A stretch of DNA of 64,000 bases from Candidatus Poribacteria bacterium (GCA_965222225.1 CBDCTK010000002.1:4448001-4512000); one strand, 5' to 3'; counted from the stretch's first letter, positions 38,844 through 50,015 are shown. Program-made: numbers and translations. Notes: a model not told the origin generated them from the letters alone.

Positions 38844-40459
38844 GTGTTGAAATTGTTTTTCTATTCTTCCATTGTTCTGTCGTTCTTGGGTGTCGGGTGC
38901 TTGTCCGCGTTTGGTCACGGTGATGAATCGACTCTGTTGGAGGATGTCAACAACGACGGTGTGGTGAACATTCTAGACTTGGTCATCGTGGCTAACGCCT
39001 TTGGACAGCCTGTGGATCGGAATTCCGAGCAGAATCCGGGTGTGAATCGTGACGGCAGCGTTAATATTCCCGACCTTGTTCGAGTTGCCAACCGCTTGGG
39101 CGAAACCGCAGGGATTGATAACTCTACCTATCACGATATTCAGGATTATGTATTCAATAGGAGTTGCGCAACGAGTTACTGTCACGCAGCGCCTACTAAC
39201 GCCGGCAATCTAAACCTCACAAGCAGTGTTTCCTATCAAGATTTGGTTGGGCGCGTTCCGCAAAACCTCGCTGCAGCGTCGGCAGGGATGAAGCGAATTA
39301 ATCCGGGCAATCCGGAAACAGTTTTCTGTTGACTAAGCTGGTAGGTCCCACAACTCCGGCACAAGGAGGGCGTATGCCGTTGGCTGCGGGACCGCTCCAT
39401 AGTGGAAAGATAGATGCAATTCGGAAGTGGATTGCTGCGGGGGCATCTCGGAATGATAAACTTACCGGTATCGGCGATCTCAGCTTGCTGCGCGATCCGC
39501 TTCAAACTTTCGAGCCGCCGCCGGCACCGCTGCCGGGCGAAGGATATCAGCTCCATTTACCGCCCTTCATTATTGAACCCGGTACAGAGCGGGAAGTCTT
39601 CTACGCCAGGCAAATCACCGACGCAATGGGACAGCCTTTGCAGGAGGATATATTCGTCAATAAATATGAAATTGTCTATCCGGCTGGCAGCCATCATTTC
39701 ATACTGTATCGGATTACAGATAAGGGATTAGAAGATGAGATACTCAACGTCGGTGTGACGCCGGGGGTTGGCGTAAATCCCGAAGACTCATTCCGAGTGT
39801 TAGATCCTGTGAATCCACAGGCACTCGGTAACTTTGGGGTGCATCGCGTTTACATTACGGGCACACAGATCGGCGAAAAAACCGTTTATCAATTTCCTGA
39901 AGGTGTGGCTCTTCAGCTCGCAGGCGACACGATATACGACCTGAACGCCCATTTCGTGAATTTGTTGGGTACCGAAGCGATAGAGGGAGAGGTTTACGTC
40001 AATCTCTACACCATTCCACCGGAGCAAGTTGAGCATGAAGCGGTCAAGCTTTTCTCCGCCAACACCGACATTTTCGTTCCATCGGGAACAACGCGCGTGG
40101 CGAAGAGGGAGGAAACCGTAAGGGAGGAGATTGAGCGGCGTGGTTACGATCCGAGCACAGGGTTGAACCTCGTCATGGTTACGTCACACATGCACCGGCA
40201 TGGCGAGTTGTTTGAGATTTTTCAGATGTCGACGGGGAGTTTGCTCCACCGAAGTGTCGCTTACGACGATGCGCCAATCACGGTGTTTGATCCGCCGTTG
40301 GTTCTTGACGCAAACGATGGCCTCACCTACGAGTGCACTCATAACAACTATGACAGAAATGTTCCGCTCACTTTCGGATTCACGTCCGAAGACGAGATGG
40401 CGATAATCATGGGCTACTACTATCCTACAACCGAAAGTGTTGATACCTCAAGCGAGTGA
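38844..40459 (+). pseudogene. Secreted dockerin + cytochrome c-like + copper type II monooxygenase-like protein, split by a 1-nt deletion near 39317
   Basis: Signal peptide; EDVNNDGVVNILDLV.VA..FG / VNRDGSVNI.DLV; CATSYCH; PGNPE(N)SFLLTKL restored by one extra A; GRMP, I..WI..GA; HHF, H, SHMH.HG, EDEM. Confidence 0.75.
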
Positions 40460-40576
40460 GAGGACGATTCCGAATATCGTAATGCCAAAGCATATTACGC
40501 AGGTTTCAATACAAAAATTCATCTTCCGTATGGACTGGGAAGAATGGAGACTATGCCCGTATTTTTTGCACATGGA

Positions 40577-40745
40577 GAATCTCTATCGCACTCGTTATTC
40601 ACTTGATTGATCGCCGCCGGGGCTTTTGGAGAGGTTGGTAAGAGCTCTATGGGATTTCTATCGCGGTCACTATCCGTTCCCTTGATCGTTATCCACTCGT
40701 TTGATCGCAGTGCGCACCCTACAAATGTACTTTTCAAATAGGCTC
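40577..40745. repeat. MITE-end/REP composite with units U4 (40577-40612), U5 (40652-40687) and an outer unit split by U5
   Basis: U4 GAATCTCTATCGCACTCGTTATTCACTTGATTGATC; AGAGCTCTAT[U5]GTTATCCACTCGTTTGATC inside REP GGT...GCAGTGCGCACCCTAC; TIR ACTTTTCAAATAGGCTC-TTA. Confidence 0.82.
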
Positions 40746-40790
40746 TTAACGTTTGATGTACCAGTTCATTTAGTCAAAGGAGGATAACCA

Positions 40791-41594
40791 ATGGTACTTG
40801 GATTAAGAGGTACACTTCTCGCTACTTTGATAGCATTGATTGCTTTGTGTGGTTGTGAGGAGGCCACAAATTTAGTAGTAGACGCGCTGTCGCCCGAGGA
40901 CCCGGTGATGGAGCCGATGCCCGTTGAAGAAACTACCATGGAGGACGACACTCCGGAACCCGATACGGAGACCGTACCTGTCAAATTGGTGTGGCTAGTC
41001 GACTATCCGGTGGGCGGGAAGGAAGATTATATCGCATGGGTCGCGTCCGTTGCACATATACTGCTAGCGCCAGAAGAACTCAAACGGGTAGCGTCTTACG
41101 ACAATCTTGATGGTTCCAATCCACACCGACTCGTTGAATTTGAATTTGATAGTTTTGCGGATGTCATGACGTACCTGAACCGTCCCGATGTCGCTGAGAT
41201 CTTTGCTGCGTTGCCAAACCATAGCACTAAGGCAAGTACGCATGTGTTCGTTCAGCGTGGTGATTACGCAAAAAACGAGACTACCACGCGAAACGTTAAA
41301 ACCGTCTACTTCGTAGACTATCCGCTTGGAGGCAAAGCGGAGTATTTGGAATGGATTGCGTCGATTGCGCCGATGCTACAGGCTCCTGAAGAGGTAAAGC
41401 GGATAGCATCTTACGACAACTACTATGGAGTGTCTCCACACCGGTTTGTTGAGTTCGAGTTTGATAGCTACGAAGATGCCAATTCGTACCAAGAGCTTGC
41501 AGACGTACAGGACGTTAATGCAGAGTTACCCAATCGAAGCAGTCGCACGTCTGTCCTAACCTTTGAGTTGCGATCCGATTACGTCAACGAATAG
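40791..41594 (+). CDS. Lipoprotein with two tandem alpha/beta (EthD/DUF1330-like) repeats
   Basis: Lipobox LCGC, acidic linker, duplicated VDYP.GGK..Y..W.AS.A..L.APEE.KR.ASYDN..G..PHR.VEFEFDS. Confidence 0.7.
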   Translation: MVLGLRGTLLATLIALIALCGCEEATNLVVDALSPEDPVMEPMPVEETTMEDDTPEPDTETVPVKLVWLVDYPVGGKEDYIAWVASVAHILLAPEELKRVASYDNLDGSNPHRLVEFEFDSFADVMTYLNRPDVAEIFAALPNHSTKASTHVFVQRGDYAKNETTTRNVKTVYFVDYPLGGKAEYLEWIASIAPMLQAPEEVKRIASYDNYYGVSPHRFVEFEFDSYEDANSYQELADVQDVNAELPNRSSRTSVLTFELRSDYVNE

Positions 41595-41693
41595 TCGAGG
41601 GCGTTGTCATTACGACGCAGCCATGAATTAAGGAGAGGTGTTGGAAGCTGATGGTCGGGTTAGTGTCTACAGCGCACGAGCAGGAGGCGACTT

Positions 41694-42092
41694 ATGAGCA
41701 CATTGAAACCGATTGTCATCAATCAAACGGAACAGTCGTGGGAGGGATGGGATGACGCAGAAATCGCAGCCAAGAGTGCGATTCGCTGGAAAATCCTTAT
41801 ATCCGGCGAGCGAGGTCCTAGCGCCGGGCTAGTTAACGGCATAGCGGAGTTCCCGGTCGGTACTCGGCTGCCCCTTCACCACCACGAACCCGCGGAGACC
41901 TATTATGTCGTCAGCGGGCAGGGCCACATGGAAATCGACGGTCACGACGCAGACATCGGGCCAGGATCAACCGTCTACATTCCGTCCAACGCCAAACACG
42001 CGGTCCGATGCACTGGAGCTGAACCGTTAGTTTTCATTTTCACGTTCGCATGTGACCGATTCGACAAAATTGTTTACCACTTTGACGAATAG
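41694..42092 (+). CDS. Cupin domain protein
   Basis: PLHHHEPAETYYVVSG.G, YIPSNAKH. Confidence 0.88.
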   Translation: MSTLKPIVINQTEQSWEGWDDAEIAAKSAIRWKILISGERGPSAGLVNGIAEFPVGTRLPLHHHEPAETYYVVSGQGHMEIDGHDADIGPGSTVYIPSNAKHAVRCTGAEPLVFIFTFACDRFDKIVYHFDE

Positions 42093-42126
42093 CCGGATTG
42101 TGAAGAGGGCTGTTTGAATAGACATT

Positions 42127-42531
42127 ATGCCCTACAATGTTGAAAAACAGATTCAGGAGGCAATGGAACGGGGCGACTTCGAGAATTTAGCCGGCATGGG
42201 GAAGCAACAAGCGTTGGAAGAAAACCCATTTGTTCCTCGTGACACCCGCATAGTCAATCAGATGCTCAAAGACAACGGATTTGCACCGCGTTGGATTGAG
42301 GTAGACAAGGAGATTCGTGCCGAGAGCGAAGATGCTGAACAGTTGCTTGTAACTATCAGGAAGCGACGTGGGCGCTTGGAATCCGTGGTTCGTGCGCAGC
42401 CACTCAAGCGTTATGTCGTCTATCGCACATTTGAACTTGAACGTAGGCGGGCGCTAGACAGAAGCCAATGTACAACCTTGATACAATGGTTGCCCATTTC
42501 CACAAGGAGTGCCCCAGTCTTTAAGACGTAA
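42127..42531 (+). CDS. DUF1992-family protein, possibly 3'-degenerate
   Basis: EKQIQEAMERGDFENL.G.GK, MLKDNGFAP.WIE..KEI. Confidence 0.75.
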   Translation: MPYNVEKQIQEAMERGDFENLAGMGKQQALEENPFVPRDTRIVNQMLKDNGFAPRWIEVDKEIRAESEDAEQLLVTIRKRRGRLESVVRAQPLKRYVVYRTFELERRRALDRSQCTTLIQWLPISTRSAPVFKT

Positions 42532-42581
42532 AAGAATTCGGAACAAATAACGATATGTACGATTTTAAGAAAGGAAGATAA

Positions 42582-43994
<1,413 letters not shown>

Positions 43995-44071
43995 ACCACA
44001 CGCGAGCTTCGGGAGGCCGCGCTTGATATCGACTACCGAGCACTCAATACCTCTTTGTCTAGTGAATAGCC

Positions 44072-44479
44072 ATGCTTGAAAGAAGATTTCACCTCGAAAT
44101 CAGAACACCGCAGCAACTCATCTATGAAGGCGACGTGAGCAGTATCCGAGCGCCTGGCGAACTTGGCTCATTTGAAATCCTTACCGGTCATGTTCCCTTC
44201 TTGACGGTACTGGAAACAGGCGAGATTCGTATCCGAGAAACCGATACTCCGCAGTCACTCGCAATCAGTGATGGGGTGTTTGAAGTGTTGCGAACAGGGG
44301 TCACCGTGTTGTCGGATACGGCAGAATGGGCGCATGAGATAGATATTGAACGCGCAGAGACGGCCCGTCAACGCGCTCAGGAGCATCTCGCTTCCAGAGA
44401 TTCAATGATTAACCGAGAGCGTGCCGAAGCCGCATTGGCGCGCGCCGATAATCGGATAAAAATCGCAAATTCGCTGTAG
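44072..44479 (+). CDS. atpC: F1 subunit epsilon
   Basis: EIRTP, PG..G...IL.GH.P, AE...EIDIERA..A..RA. Confidence 0.94.
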   Translation: MLERRFHLEIRTPQQLIYEGDVSSIRAPGELGSFEILTGHVPFLTVLETGEIRIRETDTPQSLAISDGVFEVLRTGVTVLSDTAEWAHEIDIERAETARQRAQEHLASRDSMINRERAEAALARADNRIKIANSL

Positions 44480-44566
44480 TGCCGACAGGGTATCATCTAT
44501 CGCCGTCAGCGTTGACGTGTCTGTAATATCTTTTTAGATATCCCTTTATCTTTTCCAGCCCGTCGT

Positions 44567-45322
44567 TCAAACCATACGCCTGTAGTGCTTCGTGAGTTCC
44601 GCTAAATCATCTTCACTCTCATCTTCGCTCTCAGTCTGTTTTATCTGACTCTCAAAGAATTCTTCCGTTGTGCGATAGATGTTGTCCAAATCTGATTGGC
44701 TTGGGCGATGACGGGATAGATGAATCATGTCACATGTGCGCAAAATCTCGCCAACGTGATCGAGTGCCGGGTCGGTCAGATCATGGGGCAACGATCCGAG
44801 AATTTCTCCTGTTGTGGCATCAAGCGTCTTGATATGGTATTTTTGCTCAACATAGCGTTTCACAATCGCGGAAATTTCATCGTAATATTCGTAAATCTCA
44901 TCGGAAGAACGAAGAGAGGCAGCCTGTTTCAATTCTCTAAGTGATAGAGCCTCTGGCGTATCCCGCTGAATGTCGAGGAAAGTAGTCTGTTCCTGTTGCG
45001 GTTCTTCTAGCCGTGCTGCTACGCGCCGGGGCGTGGTGACTGATCTCTGCGGGATGGATGGCACCCCGCTGGGTATGCTGTCGCGAAATGCGTGGCGGAG
45101 ACTGCCAGTGAACTTGCTTCGCCTTTTGCCAAACCAAGCGTAGATACCCGCCCCAATTGCAGCGAAAACCACCATCCAAACAACGACCCAAACAATTGCT
45201 GAGAGCAACCCGGATGAATGCGTGGCGGGATCTGTTTCTTGGGCAAATAGCTCTGCGCTTCCGGATGCCAGAACTATGAGCAGTGATAAGGCGCAAGGAG
45301 AAAGCTTAGCTATTCGTTGCAC
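44567..45322 (-). CDS. Membrane-anchored hypothetical protein (BatD/DUF4381-like C-terminus)
   Basis: Signal peptide plus one TM; YY.EIS.I.K.Y......TT.EIL motif; overlaps the stop of the upstream regulator. Confidence 0.5.
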   Translation of the reverse strand: MQRIAKLSPCALSLLIVLASGSAELFAQETDPATHSSGLLSAIVWVVVWMVVFAAIGAGIYAWFGKRRSKFTGSLRHAFRDSIPSGVPSIPQRSVTTPRRVAARLEEPQQEQTTFLDIQRDTPEALSLRELKQAASLRSSDEIYEYYDEISAIVKRYVEQKYHIKTLDATTGEILGSLPHDLTDPALDHVGEILRTCDMIHLSRHRPSQSDLDNIYRTTEEFFESQIKQTESEDESEDDLAELTKHYRRMV

Positions 45323-46746
45323 AAGTCGTATTCCTTAATTTTCCTAAAGATTGTTCTCTTGTTGACACCCAAGATTTTGGCTGCCTTGGCTCTATTATTT
45401 CCGACATAGTCGAGGGTTGCTCGAATGGCTTCCTCTTTAATTTCCTCCATCGACATACCGACTTCCACGTTCAGACGGCGATCGGAGCCTACAGCCGGCA
45501 CTGCATTCACTGCTGTAGGCGCCGAGACGATAATGGGCGCGCCAATCCCGGTGAACTTAAGAACGCGCTCCGGGAGATCCGCCAAATCCAACTCGCGACT
45601 GTTCGACATCACGACCATGCCTTCGATACAGTTCCTGAGATCGCGCACATTCCCGGGCCAATCGAATTTCATGAGCGCCCTCAGCGCTTGCGAGGAGATG
45701 TCTTTTGGCGCTTTGCGGTTCTCTTGGCAGAATTCCTCAATGAAGGTCTTGACCAAGAGTGGGATGTCCCCTTTTCGCTCGCGAAGAGGCGGTAAATATA
45801 CCGAAATAACGTCAAGGCGATCGTATAGATCCGCCATGAATTTTCCTTCCTTAACCACTTTTTCCAGGTTCCGATTTGTTGCACAGATGACGCGGACATC
45901 CACTCTAACGACTTCGTTGCCGCCGACCCGATGAAACTCCCTTTCCGCCAGCACCCGCAGCAGCCTAGCCTGATTCGATAAACTTAACTCACCAATTTCG
46001 TCAAGAAACAGGGTGCCGCCGTTAGCAGACTCAAATTTCCCTTTTCGTTGCTGATCGGCGCCCGTAAATGCTCCGCGTTCGTATCCGAAAAGCTCCGATT
46101 CTGCAAGATTCTCGTTGAGTGCGGCGCAGTTGAAGACGACAAGCGGGCCTCGCCGCAAACTTCGGTGATGGATAGCGCGAGCGACAAGCTCTTTTCCAGT
46201 GCCGCGTTCACCGCGGATCATCACCGTCGATTTCGTCGGAGCGACCTGAGCAATGGTGTCCCGAACCTCTTGGAGCTGCTGGGAGTGGCCCGTGAGACGG
46301 AGCAAGCCCTCTCGTTCATCAATCTGGGACTGCAATTGGCGGTTTTCGGCGGTAAGGCGTTGGTTTTCAAGAATCTTGTGCAGGAGCGCCTTCAAGTGGA
46401 CGGGATTCGGGGGCTTCGGCAAACAGTAGCTTGCTTCATGATGGAGCATAGCTCTTATACCTACTTCTGTTTCCAGGACATCGTGAGTCGTCATGAAAAT
46501 CACGCCCACGTCGGGGTGCTTCTGTCGAGCGGCTTCCATCAGTTGCAAGCCGTCAAGTCGGTCTCCCTTTAGCGGCGCAACCAGTATGTCAATCTTGAGC
46601 CGGTCTATGCGATCCAATGCTTCGTACATGTTCCGGGTGATGACGAAATGAAGTCCCTCGCCCTCAAGCGCGCGGCATACGGTTTCACGCTCTCTTTGGT
46701 CTGGATTGACAACGAGAACGGTTTTCTGTTGGCTCATTGGCTTCAC
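45310..46746 (-). CDS. Sigma54-dependent Fis-family activator with atypical receiver domain
   Basis: GERGTGKELVARAIH, ESELFG.E.GAFTGA, LFLDEIG, WPGNVRDL, C-terminal HTH. Confidence 0.93.
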   Translation of the reverse strand: MKPMSQQKTVLVVNPDQRERETVCRALEGEGLHFVITRNMYEALDRIDRLKIDILVAPLKGDRLDGLQLMEAARQKHPDVGVIFMTTHDVLETEVGIRAMLHHEASYCLPKPPNPVHLKALLHKILENQRLTAENRQLQSQIDEREGLLRLTGHSQQLQEVRDTIAQVAPTKSTVMIRGERGTGKELVARAIHHRSLRRGPLVVFNCAALNENLAESELFGYERGAFTGADQQRKGKFESANGGTLFLDEIGELSLSNQARLLRVLAEREFHRVGGNEVVRVDVRVICATNRNLEKVVKEGKFMADLYDRLDVISVYLPPLRERKGDIPLLVKTFIEEFCQENRKAPKDISSQALRALMKFDWPGNVRDLRNCIEGMVVMSNSRELDLADLPERVLKFTGIGAPIIVSAPTAVNAVPAVGSDRRLNVEVGMSMEEIKEEAIRATLDYVGNNRAKAAKILGVNKRTIFRKIKEYDLCNE

Positions 46747-46774
46747 TCAAATTTGTTGGGAAATTCGAATATAC

Positions 46775-47818
46775 TAGGAGTTACGCAGTTGGCTGAAGCG
46801 TATAAAGAGGTTGTGCCAAATAAGCCCGTACCGCATCTCTGACAATAGAGAGTTTTGCATCAAACCAACTGATACCGGTATGATAGCAATAGTGCTCAAT
46901 TCTCAGAAAGGCTCTCAGCGCTAAACCGATATGATTTCTTTGAGTGCGAGCAGAGCGCACTTGTGCGCGTTCAATGCCAACAAATTGCTTAATCCCGCGA
47001 TGATATTCTTCTATTGTCCAAGACCATTCGGCATATTTGAGACGCGTCAATTCGTCCATCTGTAAATCATTCGTTGCCCAATATTCAATGTCACCTTCTG
47101 GAGTGTCAACCTTAAATACTCGAATCAATCCATAGCCTTTGAGATGGACAATTGTACCTGTTGATTCACTCGGAAGCGTACTCACCGGACGGTTACCGGA
47201 ATAATCTTTACTGACAAGTCGGTTGGCAGCTAGACGAGTAAGCCACTTCCAACCATGACCTCGCACCGCTTTTAGATTCTTTAGACTGGCATACCAACTA
47301 TCAAAACACACACATTCAGGAGCAAAACCGCGTGTTTTCGCTTCTTCAAGCATGGCGCGGAAATGCTCATTCTTCGTCAAGCCGTCTTTGGCTTTATCAT
47401 AGATTCGATAATCACACGGAATATGTCTATCGCCATCCGTCCAGAGCAAAGTGACCAAGTTAATCCCATTCACAACTCGGTGGTGTTTCCCTGACCAGTG
47501 TTTTGTCACGAGTTCAATCTTTTGTGAATAAGGTTTATCCAGAGTCGAGTCATCTATAACTAAAATTCCGGATTCTAATTTCACCTGATTTCTCGATTCT
47601 TGCCACAGTTTGCCAGTATCGGGTTCCTCTCGATGCAAGAGCCGTGTTATCGAATCGTGAGCCGGAGGATTATCAGCTTGGGGTTGAACTTTTTCCGATT
47701 CAAGACAACTGTAACTTTTCTGAGCGGCTACCAAGAAATCAATATAGTCAGTGTCAGTATATTTAGGGGGATTCATACTCAAATTATAACCTATTTTCAC
47801 TCAACTGCGTAACTCCTA
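46775..47818 (-). mobile_element. IS701-like insertion sequence, copy 2 (inverted relative to copy 1)
   Basis: Same TIRs and length; 5-bp target duplication TATAC (46770-46774 / 47819-47823). Confidence 0.92.
46781..47800 (-). CDS. IS701-family DDE transposase
   Basis: Protein identical to 15593-16612 in the ORF track. Confidence 0.9.
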   Translation of the reverse strand: MKIGYNLSMNPPKYTDTDYIDFLVAAQKSYSCLESEKVQPQADNPPAHDSITRLLHREEPDTGKLWQESRNQVKLESGILVIDDSTLDKPYSQKIELVTKHWSGKHHRVVNGINLVTLLWTDGDRHIPCDYRIYDKAKDGLTKNEHFRAMLEEAKTRGFAPECVCFDSWYASLKNLKAVRGHGWKWLTRLAANRLVSKDYSGNRPVSTLPSESTGTIVHLKGYGLIRVFKVDTPEGDIEYWATNDLQMDELTRLKYAEWSWTIEEYHRGIKQFVGIERAQVRSARTQRNHIGLALRAFLRIEHYCYHTGISWFDAKLSIVRDAVRAYLAQPLYTLQPTA

Positions 47819-48030
47819 TATACAACAGAATTTATCCAAGAATAATACCTTATTCACGTAATTTCGTCAAGGGCAATGCAAAGCGTCCTCTACCTCGATT
47901 TTGGTCGAACGTGCAATGATTAGGGCGTGGAGGAAAGAGAGGGGATTGGACGGATGGAAGGATGGAAGAGACGTGGAGACAGAGTTTTCGAGAAGAAACA
48001 CGGATTCCATTGTCTGAACCGCGGATTAAG

Positions 48031-48066
48031 GGATCTCTATCGCACTCACTATCCGTTCGCTTGATT
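48031..48066 (+). repeat. 36-bp insertion unit U6
   Basis: GGATCTCTATCGCACTCACTATCCGTTCGCTTGATT within a run of short GGATT repeats. Confidence 0.85.
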
Positions 48067-48206
48067 AGATTAAAGGATTTCACGGATTAAACGTGCCTAA
48101 TCGGTGTTGTATTGCGCCTTGAAGATTCGTATTGCGGACCGGTTTACTGCGGAGTCGCAATGGAGGCCTGGGTTGGCTGTACGTTGTGGGCAACGCGTTT
48201 GGATAT

Positions 48207-48390
48207 GGTGGGCAATGCCCACCCTACAAAAGCTCTATCGCACGGGATTTTCTATGGGAATGCTATCGCATTCGCTATTCGCTCATTTGATCCTTCCTTA
48301 ATCAGTCGGTTGATCGGTCGATATTCACTCCCTTGATCTATTCGCTCAGTCGATCCCTCAATCTATATTGTTCGTTTGATTCCAATCTAC
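48207..48390 (+). repeat. REP followed by a nested stack of 36-bp units (full U7 at 48257-48292)
   Basis: GGTGGGCAATGCCCACCCTACA; left halves AGCTCTATCGCAC and GGGATTTTCTAT; U7; right halves ending TTGATC/TCGATC/TTGATT at 48315, 48338, 48355 and 48381. Confidence 0.82.
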
Positions 48391-48555
48391 GCTACTGAAT
48401 TATTCCGTATGCGTTCAGTGTTTGTATCTGTTATAATCTGGAAAAAGCATTCTCCGTTCTAGTCCAGTGGCAGATTAGCAATCACTGAAAAATGTAGTGT
48501 CCCTGAAATCCCTATCGTCGTGCGAAACCGAAACGTACGGCATTTGTCATGAGGA

Positions 48556-49734
48556 ATGAAAATGGATATCTATAAATCACCTTCAGCGGTGGATTCTGAA
48601 GGAACAACCAAGTTCTACCGTGCCACGGCATTTGCCGACGCGAAGCCGGAGCTTGCGGCGCCAGGGGCTACGCCAGAGCGTTTGGAACACTTGAAAGAGC
48701 ACGGTTTCGTCATTATCACCGACTTCGTTGGCAGCCCTTGGATTCCGATTCTGCGTGAAGCCGGTAGGCGTGTCACCGAGGCATGTACTCCCGAAAACGG
48801 CTATAGTAAGATTGACTGCTCCAAAGGCTATGTGCATCGGGCAGCAGAGGATGAGCCCTGGGCAATTCGGGGATTGATTCATCCGGCTTTCGGCGAGCCG
48901 AGTTTTGCCGAATTTTATGGTTCGCCGGAGTACCTTCGCTTTGTCCATGATTGGTGCCACGGTTTGCAACCGGAGGATCTTGTCATGCTTCCGATGCTCC
49001 TCTGGTGCAATCCTAGGAGGAACGAGAATGGACCAAGTTGGCATCGAGACACGACATGGTGGGGCACTGGAAAGGGTTACTTTGCGCAGCGCCCGGAACA
49101 GGAGGGACCGGAAGCCTATTCGGAGGAGGTTGAGAGGCGCCGCTGGAAAGAAATCCAAGCAGAAAACTTGAATTCAATTGTCGAGCGGAATGGCGTGAGC
49201 ATGTTTCTTGCGCTTGCCGATGATGAGTGCCATGAACTGATTCCCGGTAGCAACCATCGGTGGCGGACGCCGTTTGAGCACGATGTGCTACTACCGAAAT
49301 CCATGAAGGAGCAGGGAGTGCCGTACACGCCGAGTTGGAACGGCGTCGACCCGTTGCCGAATCAGGTCGCCATTCGGTTAAAGCCCGGGGAAGCACTCAT
49401 CCGGAACGGCGTTACCATCCACACAGGGCACACTGTGCCTGATCGCGAGCGCAACACACTGGCACTCGGTTGGAGTAAGTGGTCGGGGCCTTTCACGGGG
49501 GAGTCAGCCATGTCGGATGTGCGTAACGCATGGCAACTCGATCTTGTCGTGCGTGAGGCGTTGCCGTACGAATGGATGAAGACTACTTGGGATCGTTGGG
49601 CAGAGACCGTGAAACTAGGGGATACGCTTGAGGACCGCTACACCCCGTTTGACATCAATAACATCAAGGCGGGGCAAATACTGGGTTGGCGAGGCGAGTT
49701 GGAGCGTCAGGCTGCGGCGGCTGGGGATGCGTGA
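48556..49734 (+). CDS. Phytanoyl-CoA dioxygenase (PhyH)-like Fe(II)/2OG oxygenase
   Basis: L.EHGFVII, WHRD (HxD), IPGS.H, L.PGE......IH.G. Confidence 0.75.
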   Translation: MKMDIYKSPSAVDSEGTTKFYRATAFADAKPELAAPGATPERLEHLKEHGFVIITDFVGSPWIPILREAGRRVTEACTPENGYSKIDCSKGYVHRAAEDEPWAIRGLIHPAFGEPSFAEFYGSPEYLRFVHDWCHGLQPEDLVMLPMLLWCNPRRNENGPSWHRDTTWWGTGKGYFAQRPEQEGPEAYSEEVERRRWKEIQAENLNSIVERNGVSMFLALADDECHELIPGSNHRWRTPFEHDVLLPKSMKEQGVPYTPSWNGVDPLPNQVAIRLKPGEALIRNGVTIHTGHTVPDRERNTLALGWSKWSGPFTGESAMSDVRNAWQLDLVVREALPYEWMKTTWDRWAETVKLGDTLEDRYTPFDINNIKAGQILGWRGELERQAAAAGDA

Positions 49735-49959
49735 GAACCGTTCCACACGTTGGATTAATCTCACAGCGTTAGCCTGCTCTAGGTTGGAGATGTGTATTGG
49801 AAGGGAGGTAGAAGCCGAGTTTTCGAGAAAAAAGGGATACGTCGCGAGCTCGCTCCTACAAATCGAACGTGCAATGAATTGCACTACTACAAACCGAGAA
49901 GACGCACAACGGAGAGGGGCCATCAAAGATAGGAAATTGAGAATCTGATGTTTGGAGAT

Positions 49960-50015
49960 GGTGGGCAGGGAATCTCTATCGCACTCACTGTCCGTTCCTT
50001 TGATCCCACCCTACA
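49960..50015 (+). repeat. REP with 36-bp unit U8 (49970-50005) in its loop
   Basis: GGTGGGCA-GG[GAATCTCTATCGCACTCACTGTCCGTTCCTTTGAT]CCCACCCTACA. Confidence 0.85.

Noticed and set aside
40519-40737. Small ORFs with repeated IKxxxSxxDRxP peptides (also 47850-48083, 15365-15571, 48104-48336)
   Set aside because: They are translations of the 36-bp unit and REP; the frame is not preserved across nested insertions and there are no convincing starts.
47925-47985. Purine-rich GGA tract as a G-quadruplex or regulatory element
   Set aside because: Mostly GG runs in a low-complexity GGAAGGATGG repeat; no supporting evidence.
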